NCBI GenBank assembly: GCA_964651285.1
Contig: CAZYWX010000001.1
Coordinates: 1-39,074 of the forward strand
Origin: an uncultured Methanoculleus sp.
GTDB taxonomy: Archaea; Halobacteriota; Methanomicrobia; Methanomicrobiales; Methanoculleaceae
DNA length: 39,074 bases
Direction of reading: 5' to 3'
Of this stretch, positions 10,810 through 19,256 are shown piece by piece; positions within the stretch are counted from its first letter, which is position 1, and every line of letters begins with the position of its first letter. The notes beneath the pieces were generated by a model, which made no database searches, was not told where the DNA came from, and was given only the letters and a program-made list of their open reading frames with translations. The position numbers were made by a program, and so were the translations under genes.

Positions 10810-11775
10810 TCAGGGAGGGCTGGCCGCTCGCTGAACCCCGCTCCCGATGAGCGCCGATGCGACGATAGGGAGCGCAATCGTGGCGTCACAGAAACACTGG
10901 ACCCGGGGAGACTCGGGTGCCTCCTTGCCCCAGCTGATCGCTTCCTCAAATGTGCATCCTGAGAGTCCGCCCCAGTGGGGGGCGTCGGTGGTGTACTGGA
11001 TGGCATAAGCATGTCCGCCGAGGTGCTGCTCGTGGATCGAGGCGATGACCTGGGTCTGCTGGATGAAGTTCTTTGGCACGCCGCCACCGACGTAGATGAC
11101 GCCGGTCTTGCGCGATTCCTCGACCATCCGGGTGATCTCGTCGGTATCGGCGAGCTGGTCGATATTGATATCCACCCCGCGTCTGCGTGCCATGACAAGA
11201 CCGATCCCGATGGACGAATCGCCGAGAGCAGGGATGAAGATCGGGACGTTATACTCGGCGCAGGTGGCGATGAGGGAGTGGCCTTCTGGCCGCCGTTCGC
11301 GGAGCCAGTCTCCGAGACGCCTGATGAATTCACGCGAGGAGCCACTGAACGGTGCGACTTCGTCGGCAAACCGTGCGATCTCGGCATCAACGGTCCTGAA
11401 CTCATCTTCGTAGGCGAAGACGTCGTAGATCCGGTCGATCCCCTCCTCGAAGAGCGCCGCGTCGTCGGCGTGGTGGTGGCCGATGTAGTGGCGAACGCCG
11501 AGGTGCTCGCAGGTGTCGTGGAAGATGTTTGCGCCGGTGGAGACGAGGACGTCGATGTAACGATGTCTGACGAGTTCGATGAGCACGTTCTGCATTCCTG
11601 CCGGGATCATCGCGCCCGATAACCCCATGAATATCGTGCAGTCTGGATCCCTGATCATCCGGGTCCAGACACCGAGCGACTCCCCGAGTTTTCGTCCCTG
11701 GAAGCCGGTCTTGCTCATGGACGTAAGGAGCGCTGTTACATCCTTGTTTGGTCTGACTGGCTGCGTTGGTTTCAT
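10810..11775 (-). CDS. Deoxyhypusine synthase family protein
   Basis: GFQGRKLG, STGAN, DRIYDV, GGGVPKNF, GGLSGCTFEEAISWGK (catalytic Lys present), DATIALP. Confidence 0.9.
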   Translation of the reverse strand: MKPTQPVRPNKDVTALLTSMSKTGFQGRKLGESLGVWTRMIRDPDCTIFMGLSGAMIPAGMQNVLIELVRHRYIDVLVSTGANIFHDTCEHLGVRHYIGHHHADDAALFEEGIDRIYDVFAYEDEFRTVDAEIARFADEVAPFSGSSREFIRRLGDWLRERRPEGHSLIATCAEYNVPIFIPALGDSSIGIGLVMARRRGVDINIDQLADTDEITRMVEESRKTGVIYVGGGVPKNFIQQTQVIASIHEQHLGGHAYAIQYTTDAPHWGGLSGCTFEEAISWGKEAPESPRVQCFCDATIALPIVASALIGSGVQRAASPP

Positions 11776-12050
11776 GAATACATCTTGATACCCGTTTTTG
11801 GTTCTGGCGTCTTAATGCTTGGCTCTGGTCGGTGGAGCGGCGGGCGGGTAGGGTCTGTGCACTGTTCCTGAATCTGGGTTTTGGGTGAGGGACTCAGCGC
11901 TGCTGTCGGGGTTTTCAGAAGGGCGACCCCCGGTGCCACCCGGGAAGAATCCCTCTCTCCCTCCGGCGGCCCCGGGCGCGATACCCGGAGGGATGTCTGG
12001 GTGTGGTGGTAGGAAGAGGTTTCTTCCTCACAATGGCCTGTCGTGTCCCT

Positions 12051-12080
12051 GGCCTGGAAAAAAAGAGGCGGTCTCCAGGC
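12051..12080 (-). terminator. Probable terminator of the CBS operon (oligo-T tract within an inverted repeat)
   Basis: Minus strand reads GGCCTGGAGACCGCCTCTTTTTTTCCAGGCC just after the 12086 stop codon. Confidence 0.5.
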
Positions 12081-12085
12081 CCCTT

Positions 12086-12868
12086 TCAGAGGGCCTGGAT
12101 GAGTGAGTTTCTGGTAACGATGCCCGTGATCTTGCCATCCTCGGTGATTGGGACCGAACTGATGTTCTTCTTGAGCATCAGGTCGATGACGTCAGAGACG
12201 TCTGTCTCCACATCCACAGATATCAGGGGCGTGGTCATGATATCCCGCACAAGGAGGTTCCGGATCCGGTAATCCTGATGAGTCCCCTCCACGATATCCT
12301 TGAACGCGTAGAGCGCTCTGGCGACATCGGTCTCTGTGACGATCCCCACAACCTGGTCACCGTCCTCGACGATGAACCGGTCGATCCCCCCGTCCAGCAT
12401 CCTCCTGCGGAGGTGGACGGCTCGTTCCTCGACCTGGATGGTGTGTATCGGTTCCATGACGTCTTGAAGGTCGCCCGGTGGGCGGAGCACCTTCAGGAGG
12501 TCACCGGCAGTCACCTGCCCGATGAGGCGGTGCTCGGAGTCAAACACCACAACCAGCTTGTAGTGCTGGAGGAGCGGCACCAGGATATCGATCTTCTGGT
12601 CAGGGTAGACGGAGGTGAAGTTCTCCTCAACGGTGTTTGCGACACGGATGGATGTGGCCTTCATTGCCCGGGTCTTCCTGCTCCCGAGCGTCTCTGCGAT
12701 CGCCGCTCTGGACGTCGTGCCGATGACCGTGCCGTTATTGGTCACGATGAGCGGGTCGACCCCCTCGTTGAGCATCTTCTTGAGCGCTTCGCTGACAAAA
12801 TCTGATTTTGCGATGGTAACGGGTTTTGCCATCACGTCTTTGACAAGTACTGGTAATTTCTCGCTCAT
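12086..12868 (-). CDS. CBS domain-containing protein (about 4 CBS domains)
   Basis: VKDVMAKP, VVGIVTETD, VRDIMTTP, SSVPI...GIVT. Confidence 0.9.
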   Translation of the reverse strand: MSEKLPVLVKDVMAKPVTIAKSDFVSEALKKMLNEGVDPLIVTNNGTVIGTTSRAAIAETLGSRKTRAMKATSIRVANTVEENFTSVYPDQKIDILVPLLQHYKLVVVFDSEHRLIGQVTAGDLLKVLRPPGDLQDVMEPIHTIQVEERAVHLRRRMLDGGIDRFIVEDGDQVVGIVTETDVARALYAFKDIVEGTHQDYRIRNLLVRDIMTTPLISVDVETDVSDVIDLMLKKNISSVPITEDGKITGIVTRNSLIQAL

Positions 12869-13704
12869 TTTGCCACTTCCTTGATAATATCATCTCTCTT
12901 GAGTATGCCCATGATATCGCCGTCCTCCACGACCACGAGGCTGTTGATCTGGTTCTCCAGCATCAGCCCGACAGCGTCCTGCAGGGATGCATCGGGGGGA
13001 ATGGTGATGACCGGGCGACTCATGATATCCTCTGCGACCGCCGATACCTCGACGACGTACCTGAAGCGTTTCTGCCCTGCTGGTTCCTCTCTCCGGAGAT
13101 GCGTAATCTCTTTCCTGGGCAGGTTCATCTGCTCGTCCAGGTACTCGTAGAATGCAAGGTTACTCTCTGTAATTATCCCTGCAAGGCTTCCATTGGCGTT
13201 AACAACAATAATCTTATTGTTTTTCTCTTTCATCGTGTCGATGATATGGTCCAGCGAATGGTAACGGCTGACCGTGATCGCCTCTTCCATGATCTCATCG
13301 ACCCGGCCGGAGAGCCCGCGCACATACGCCGAGTGCATGATGTCCAGTTTGGTGACGATCCCGATCACCCTGCCGTCGTCGACCACGGGCAGCCCGGATA
13401 TATCGTGATGGAGCATCGTGGCAGCGATATCATGGGTGCTGGTCTCTGGTGTTATGGTGATAGGGTCCTGTGTCATCAGGAGACTGACCGGGATCCGGTC
13501 GATCGGGCGACGCCGCCATATCGGTTCAGTCTGTCTGAGTCGGTAGCCGATATCTTTCTTGGTGAGGATGCCCCGAAGTTCGTCTTCCTCCATGACAGGA
13601 AGCCTCGATACCCGATGCTTGAGCATGAGGTTTCGTGCATGGGCGACGTTATCGGTCGGTGCAACCACGTACACCGGAGCAGCCATCACATCAATGGCAC
13701 GCAT
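12865..13704 (-). CDS. CBS domain-containing protein (about 4 CBS domains)
   Basis: SRLPVM...GILTKKD, SGLPVVD..VIGIVTKLD, DIMSRPVIT. Confidence 0.9.
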   Translation of the reverse strand: MRAIDVMAAPVYVVAPTDNVAHARNLMLKHRVSRLPVMEEDELRGILTKKDIGYRLRQTEPIWRRRPIDRIPVSLLMTQDPITITPETSTHDIAATMLHHDISGLPVVDDGRVIGIVTKLDIMHSAYVRGLSGRVDEIMEEAITVSRYHSLDHIIDTMKEKNNKIIVVNANGSLAGIITESNLAFYEYLDEQMNLPRKEITHLRREEPAGQKRFRYVVEVSAVAEDIMSRPVITIPPDASLQDAVGLMLENQINSLVVVEDGDIMGILKRDDIIKEVAK

Positions 13705-13711
13705 TCAGAGT

Positions 13712-14659
13712 TCACCCCTCAGCAAACGCTTTCACAAGATCATATTCTGTTACCAGTCCGACAAGGTGCGAGTTCTCGATGACCGGGAGCGCCCCGACAC
13801 GTCGCTGGATCATCTCGATGGCGATGTCATGGATGTTCCGGTCCGGGGTGGTGGTATGGAGTTCTCCTGAGAGGATCAGGCGCACCGGTGCTCCCATAAC
13901 CTCGGCAGAATCCCCGGTTGTCAACTGCTCAAAGGCTTTCCCCTTGCCGAGATAATTCATAATGTCGGTGGCGGTCACAATGCCACAGAGCAGGTCGTCC
14001 ACGACGACCGGGAGCCGCCTGAACCTGCACCTCACCATCTCCTGGCAGACCTCGCCGATGGGGGTGTCGGGGCTTGTGACATGGACCGATGTCGTCATGA
14101 TATCCTCTACCGTGCGGCCTGAGTTCTCGGTGGCGAGTACCTTCATCACGTCACGCTCGGTCACGATCCCCTTCAGGTTCCCGTCCCCATCGGTGATGGG
14201 TATCCCGCCGACGTCCTGGTTGATGATCACATTGACCGCATCAGCGATGCTCCCTGTGACGGGCATGGTGATCGGTTGCGGGGTCATGATCTCGCGCAGG
14301 TCCTCGTTGATGGCGGCAAGGAAGTTGCCGTCATGCTTCACCCGCACAAGGTTGTACTTGTCACCGCCGCCCATGAAGTCAATGATGTCGCTGACGGTCA
14401 CGATCCCCCGGAGGCGGTGTGTTCCTGCATCGACGACCGGCAGCCTGCGGAACCCGTTGCTGGTCATAATCTCGACTGCTTGGATGATCGTGGTGGTCCG
14501 CTGCGCCGTGACGACATCTCTGGTAGCGATCGTCATGATCTCACCTTCGTGCTCGGCGATCCTCGTCTTGAAATCGACAGGCCCGCGGTCAAGTTTGCCC
14601 GGCATCTTCAGAAGCCGGTCAGCCGGATTCTTCACTGGATTATTGGGGTTCGGTTGCAT
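13712..14659 (-). CDS. CBS domain-containing protein (4 CBS domains)
   Basis: FRRLPVVD (twice), GGIPI..GIVTERD, GALPVI..GLVTEYD. Confidence 0.92.
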   Translation of the reverse strand: MQPNPNNPVKNPADRLLKMPGKLDRGPVDFKTRIAEHEGEIMTIATRDVVTAQRTTTIIQAVEIMTSNGFRRLPVVDAGTHRLRGIVTVSDIIDFMGGGDKYNLVRVKHDGNFLAAINEDLREIMTPQPITMPVTGSIADAVNVIINQDVGGIPITDGDGNLKGIVTERDVMKVLATENSGRTVEDIMTTSVHVTSPDTPIGEVCQEMVRCRFRRLPVVVDDLLCGIVTATDIMNYLGKGKAFEQLTTGDSAEVMGAPVRLILSGELHTTTPDRNIHDIAIEMIQRRVGALPVIENSHLVGLVTEYDLVKAFAEG

Positions 14660-14700
14660 GCTTATCTATTCACTCCTCTGTGGTTGGTACCAGAATGGTC

Positions 14701-15456
14701 TCATGGGATCAGGCAGCTTGCGACGTCGTGACGGTCGATGACACCAACAAGTCTCTTCGTTTCATCGACGACCGGGAGGATGCTGATGTCGTGTTTGACC
14801 ATCAGTCCTGCTGCCGTTGCGACCAGGTCATCGGGTGTTACTGTGATGACCGGTGTCGTCATCACCCGGTCTACGGTGGTATCAGCCTGGTTCTTCACCG
14901 ATATACGGATTTTCCCGGCGCGCAGGAGGTCCCGACGGGAAATAATGCCGATGACCTCGTTCTTCTGTACCACCGGGAACGCGATAAAGCCGCTGGATAC
15001 GATCAGGTTATAGATACGGTAGAGGGGGTCTTTTGGTGCACAGGTGACTGGGTCACGTGACATGGCCTCCTCAACCCTGCCGGGGATATCGCGGCGGGAG
15101 ATGAGGACCGGGAAGAGTTCGGAGAAGAGCACTCCTCCCAGGAGCACCCCCTCTTCGTTGACAACTGCGGCGCTATTGGTATAGGCATTCATTGTGGCAT
15201 GAGCGACCTCAGTGAGGGGGGTATCAGGGGCGACCCGGGCGGCCTCCCTGGTATACCCTTTGATGGTGATATTTGATTTTGTGTCGATCACCCGCAGGAC
15301 GTCAGAGATATCCAGATATCCCATCAGGCGATCTTTTTCATCAACAACGTAGAGTTCACGGAAGACGTCATCCCTGAGGATGCTCCGTGCTTTTGTGATG
15401 TAGTCATCGTAGTGCAGGGCGGGGATATCAACCATCAGGTCTGAGGCCACTTTCAT
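14701..15456 (-). CDS. CBS domain-containing protein (about 4 CBS domains)
   Basis: MSRDPVT, FPVV..VIGIISRRD, MTTPVIT, LPVVD..LVGVIDRHD. Confidence 0.9.
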   Translation of the reverse strand: MKVASDLMVDIPALHYDDYITKARSILRDDVFRELYVVDEKDRLMGYLDISDVLRVIDTKSNITIKGYTREAARVAPDTPLTEVAHATMNAYTNSAAVVNEEGVLLGGVLFSELFPVLISRRDIPGRVEEAMSRDPVTCAPKDPLYRIYNLIVSSGFIAFPVVQKNEVIGIISRRDLLRAGKIRISVKNQADTTVDRVMTTPVITVTPDDLVATAAGLMVKHDISILPVVDETKRLVGVIDRHDVASCLIP

Positions 15457-16016
15457 AGCAACTGTTCCTCCTCCCGGCAGACCGGGCAGAGCATAAGGTT
15501 ATCGACCCGCGAGAGGTCGTCTGACATGTTTCCACACCGGTCGCAGATGCCCATGGCATACTCTTCCTCGCGGTTGATCTCGATGAGGTCTGCCAGGAGC
15601 TCGTTCAATTCAGACGCGACGGTGAGGATATCTCTGACTGTCACGATCCCGATGACGAGCTGGTTCTCTACCACCGGGAGCCTGCGAACCCGGTGCTTCA
15701 CCATCATTGCTGAAGCATCGCCGACCAGTTTGTCGGCACCGATCGTGATCAGCGGGGTGCTCATGATCTCGCTGACATGAACACTGCCCGGCTTTAAGTC
15801 TTTTGCCACGACTTTGCAGTTAATATCCTCCTCTGTGACGATCCCTATGGGCAGGTTATTCTGTAATACTATGCAACTGCCGACCTCGTCACGGCACATT
15901 GTCTGTGCCGCACGGGCGACTGTCTCCCCCACATCGATAGTCGTTGGATGGCTCCGCATGACCTCCCGTACTGGAACACGTGTCTCGAAGTGGATGGTAT
16001 CGCTATTGTTCATCAT
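15453..16016 (-). CDS. CBS-pair protein with C-terminal Zn-ribbon
   Basis: VREVM, GIVTEED, RRLPVV..GIVTVRD; C-terminal CDRC...CPVC. Confidence 0.9.
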   Translation of the reverse strand: MMNNSDTIHFETRVPVREVMRSHPTTIDVGETVARAAQTMCRDEVGSCIVLQNNLPIGIVTEEDINCKVVAKDLKPGSVHVSEIMSTPLITIGADKLVGDASAMMVKHRVRRLPVVENQLVIGIVTVRDILTVASELNELLADLIEINREEEYAMGICDRCGNMSDDLSRVDNLMLCPVCREEEQLL

Positions 16017-16059
16017 GGGATTCTCCTGATCTGGTCGCTATAAGAGCCGATTATCCAGG

Positions 16060-16185
16060 TGTACGTGTATCTAGGTTTTAACAGTATAAAAGAATTCTCT
16101 CGTTCCGGGAGAGGTGTTTTTGTCTGCGAAAATTGGGTAAATATGCAGGAAGAGACATATAATTATATTTATTTATGGGTTCCAT
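16060..16185. promoter_or_regulatory. AT-rich divergent promoter region (CBS operon / oapABC)
   Basis: AT-rich island with TATA-like TATAAAA (~16086) and the perfect palindrome ATATAATTATAT (16157-16168). Confidence 0.55.
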
Positions 16186-16232
16186 AGCTTACCTAAGTAC
16201 AGACAAAATTGGTGTCTATTTGAGGGTGAGGT

Positions 16233-16874
16233 ATGGAGTTCTTAGATCGTACAAAACAGAAGATATCGCGGTTTCTCAGGGTGCTCTTTCAGAAGCGTAC
16301 CTCCCGCATCGGGATCTATGGGCCGCCGAATGCAGGTAAGACGACGCTCGCGAACAGGATTGTGCGGGATTGGACTGGTGATGCGGTTGGGCCGGTCAGT
16401 GAGGTGCCTCACGAGACCCGCCGTGTGCGGCGTAAGCAGGATATCACCATCACCGGCCAGAACGGCGGTTCGGTCACGATCGATATCGTTGATACGCCGG
16501 GCGTGACGACCAAGATCGACTACAACGAGTTCGTCGAGTATGGTTTTGAGAAGGATGAGGCGATCCAGCGGGCGCGGGAGGCAACCGAGGGCGTGGCCGA
16601 GGCGATGCACTGGCTCCGTGACGATATCGACGGTGTTATCTATGTGCTCGATTCCACGCAGGACCCGTTCCAGCAGGTGAATATCATGATGGTGGGGATC
16701 ATCGAGAGCAGGAAACTCCCGATCCTGGTCGTCGCCAACAAGACCGATCTCCCTGATGCTTCGCCGGCACGGATCAAGAGTGCTTTCCCCCAGCACCCGG
16801 TGGTCTCAATATCAGGGCTGGAAGGGAACAATATCGATGAGTTGTATGAAATGATGGCGTCTTATTTTGGGTGA
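16233..16874 (+). CDS. oapA: Small GTPase OapA/ArvA family (Era-like GTP-binding protein)
   Basis: G1 GPPNAGKTT, G2 PHETR, G3 DTPG, G4 NKTD, G5 ISG; followed by DUF2073-like and Zn-ribbon genes. Confidence 0.88.
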   Translation: MEFLDRTKQKISRFLRVLFQKRTSRIGIYGPPNAGKTTLANRIVRDWTGDAVGPVSEVPHETRRVRRKQDITITGQNGGSVTIDIVDTPGVTTKIDYNEFVEYGFEKDEAIQRAREATEGVAEAMHWLRDDIDGVIYVLDSTQDPFQQVNIMMVGIIESRKLPILVVANKTDLPDASPARIKSAFPQHPVVSISGLEGNNIDELYEMMASYFG

Positions 16875-16881
16875 TGGAGAG

Positions 16882-17250
16882 ATGATACAGGGTGTACAGA
16901 TTGATCTTGTTTCGGCAGAGCGCCTTGATCGGCTCACCTCGATGGAGAAGATCCGTCTGATCCTTGACGATGTCATGGAAGGGAATATTGTCGTCCTGGA
17001 GAAGGGTCTTGAGCCGGATGAGCAGAGCAAACTGATTGAGATTACGATGCGGGAGATCACGCCAGATGGGTTCTCGGGGATTGAGATGGAGACCTACCCG
17101 GTCAGGGAAGCCCCGGATGGTTTCCTGGCGAGGCTCTTTGGTGGGAAGCGGTCTGAGAGTCGATTGACCGTGATCGGGCCTGCAAATCAGCTTAAGACGA
17201 TTAAGAAGGAGGAGGACTTTATCAGTGCCTGGGTCTCCTCCTCGCGATAA
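16882..17250 (+). CDS. oapB: DUF2073 family protein (OapB/ArvB)
   Basis: Start MIQGVQIDL; MEKIRLILD, VLEKGLEPDEQSKLIE, FSGIEMETYP, LTVIGPA. Confidence 0.85.
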   Translation: MIQGVQIDLVSAERLDRLTSMEKIRLILDDVMEGNIVVLEKGLEPDEQSKLIEITMREITPDGFSGIEMETYPVREAPDGFLARLFGGKRSESRLTVIGPANQLKTIKKEEDFISAWVSSSR

Positions 17251-17276
17251 GAAGGATAGAATTATAGGTGATATAC

Positions 17277-17657
17277 GTGCCTCACAAATGCACGCAGTGC
17301 GGTAGAGAGTTCGAAGAGGGTTCGATGGAGATACTGAAAGGGTGTCCGAGTTGCGGCGGGAAGAAATTTCTCTACATCCGTGAGGCCGAGCGGCACGATG
17401 ACGTGCTGAAAGAGAAATCGATCGATGAGATCGCCCGGGATTCCGGGGAGGATCTGCTTGAGGTCAAGCAGGCCCGGCGCACCACAGATGAGGTCGAGAT
17501 CTATGACCGGATCGAGAGCGTCCGAATCCTTGCTCCTGGTTCGTATGAACTGAATATAGAGAAACTGGCGCAGTCTGATGAGGTTGTTGTCGGACTGGAG
17601 AAGGAGGGGAAGTACGTGGTCGATATCCTCTCGATGGCCAGAAAGAAGAAGAAGTGA
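17277..17657 (+). CDS. oapC: Zn-ribbon protein, DUF2072 family (OapC/ArvC)
   Basis: GTG start after GGTGA; PHKCTQCG...ILKGCPSCGGKKF, ESVRILAPGSYELN. Confidence 0.85.
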   Translation: MPHKCTQCGREFEEGSMEILKGCPSCGGKKFLYIREAERHDDVLKEKSIDEIARDSGEDLLEVKQARRTTDEVEIYDRIESVRILAPGSYELNIEKLAQSDEVVVGLEKEGKYVVDILSMARKKKK

Positions 17658-17910
17658 ACCGGTTTCTGGTATCAGGAACCTACCCTCCCCGGCTCTGGCG
17701 ATACCCACCCTCTCTTCTTCCTCTGATGGACGGTAGCCGGGTGTCATCAGACCCTGATGGTGACCGATCTGCTGGAGACATCCCGTTTTTCCCTCCGGGG
17801 GGTGGATCTGATGAGTGTTGCTGCGGGGGTCCCCTTACCCTCTCTCTTGATCGAGGTCCTGCTCCTGCCTCCCGCACGGATGAGAATTTTTTACCCGGCC
17901 TCCCCCAATC

Positions 17911-17918
17911 TTTAAATA
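17911..17918 (+). promoter_or_regulatory. TATA box for the kamA-family transcript
   Basis: TTTAAATA in GC-rich DNA, ~28 nt upstream of the structured leader. Confidence 0.6.
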
Positions 17919-17945
17919 CCGAGGTATCCCTCTCCCCCCGGTATC

Positions 17946-18122
17946 GAGAAGGTTCCGTCGCTCAACGACGTAGGTCGGGGTGCTACATCCTCGCGTGAGA
18001 TGCCGGCATGCCTCTCATGAATCCTTGTCCTGTGCACAAGACCGGACAGCCACTCTTGATCGCTGCTCTCGTGCGGCCTGTCCCCGACTACTTCTGACCA
18101 CTGCGTAACGGAGATCATTCTC
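17946..18122 (+). ncRNA. Putative structured cis-regulatory RNA (5' leader of the kamA-family gene)
   Basis: Nested stems GAGAA/TTCTC, TCCGT/ACGGA, CGC/GCG, GTAGGTCGGGG/CCCCGACTAC closing four internal hairpins; lies between the TATA box and the SD GGTGA. Confidence 0.55.
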
Positions 18123-18137
18123 TACGGTGATTTAACC

Positions 18138-19256
18138 ATGTATCCACGTTATATCTCATCGCTCGATGAGGTCCCCGGGATCAGCGCAGAGGAGCGCGCC
18201 AGCCTCGCGCGGGTGACCGACCTCTTTGCGTTCAGGTCAAATGACTATTATCTCTCGCTGATCGATTGGAACGACCCAAACGACCCTATCAGGCGGCTGG
18301 TCATACCGACCCTGGATGAGCTCGAACCCTGGGGACGCCTGGACCCCTCGGCAGAGCACCTGTATACCCGGGCACCCGGGTTGCAACACAAGTATCGGGA
18401 GACCGCTCTCCTGCTGGTAAGCGACCTCTGCGGTGGCTTCTGCCGCTACTGTTTCCGCAAGCGTCTCTTCATCGAGGATACCCGTGAGGTGAATAAGGAT
18501 GTCTCAGAAGGGCTTGCCTACATCAGGGATCATCCTGAGATCACCAATGTCCTGCTCACCGGGGGCGACCCGCTGATCCTGGATACCGGTCGGTTGCAGG
18601 AGATCCTCACCCGGCTCCAGGAGATCGAGCATGTCAGGATCGTCAGGATCGGGACAAAGATGCCGGCATACAACCCCTACCGGATCATCAATGACCCCGG
18701 GTTGCTGGATATGATCCGGGGATACAGTCAGGGCGAGAGGCGTGTCTACATCATGGCCCAGTTCAACCATCCCCGGGAACTGACCGAGGTCGCGTGCCGG
18801 GCGGTTGCGCTCCTGCAGGGTGCCGGTGCGGTTATCATGAACCAGACGCCTCTGATCCGCGGGATCAACGATGACCCGGCGGTGCTCTCGAGACTTCTTG
18901 GACGGCTCTCGTTCATGGGGATCAATCCCTACTATGTCTTCCAGTGTCGTCCCACGACCGGGAACCGGCCGTTTGCGATACCGGTGGAGGAGTCCTACCA
19001 GATCTTTGAGCGGGCGCGGGCGACCTGCTCGGGGCTCTCCAAGCAGGCCAGGTTTGTTATGTCGCATGCCACCGGCAAGATCGAGGTGGTGGGGGTGACT
19101 GAGGGGCACACGTTCTTAAAGTATAACCAGGCGGCCGACCCGGCTGATATCGGGCGGTTTATGATCTATAAGCGCAACCCGGAGGCGTACTGGTTTGATG
19201 ATTATACAGAACTGGTGGATGAAGGACGGCGGGTTCAAGTTCTGGAGGCGGTGTAG
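18138..19256 (+). CDS. KamA-family radical SAM protein (lysine 2,3-aminomutase-like)
   Basis: NDPIRR, GLQHKY, CGGFCRYCFRKR, VLLTGGDPL, RIGTK, FNHPREL, NQTPLIRGIND, PYYVFQ, GKI (putative PLP Lys). Confidence 0.9.
   Translation: MYPRYISSLDEVPGISAEERASLARVTDLFAFRSNDYYLSLIDWNDPNDPIRRLVIPTLDELEPWGRLDPSAEHLYTRAPGLQHKYRETALLLVSDLCGGFCRYCFRKRLFIEDTREVNKDVSEGLAYIRDHPEITNVLLTGGDPLILDTGRLQEILTRLQEIEHVRIVRIGTKMPAYNPYRIINDPGLLDMIRGYSQGERRVYIMAQFNHPRELTEVACRAVALLQGAGAVIMNQTPLIRGINDDPAVLSRLLGRLSFMGINPYYVFQCRPTTGNRPFAIPVEESYQIFERARATCSGLSKQARFVMSHATGKIEVVGVTEGHTFLKYNQAADPADIGRFMIYKRNPEAYWFDDYTELVDEGRRVQVLEAV

Noticed and set aside
16017-16232. Replication origin next to oapABC
   Set aside because: No repeated ORB (TTCCA-GTGGAAA plus G-string) elements and no cdc6/orc1 in the window; the AT richness is explained by promoters
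17948-17967. GAAGGTTCCGTCGCTCAACG resembles a 23S rRNA segment as I recall it
   Set aside because: Only ~13 nt identity and the flanks do not continue; chance match, not an rRNA fragment
18008-18097. 29-aa uORF (MPLMNPCPVHK...) in the kamA leader
   Set aside because: No SD, no regulatory codon run, and buried in predicted stems
17946-18122. Known RNA classes (RNase P, SRP, lysine riboswitch, BHB intron)
   Set aside because: Lacks GAGGAAAGUCC, the SRP GGAA helix-8 motif, AGAGGUGC, and a 3-4-3 bulge-helix-bulge
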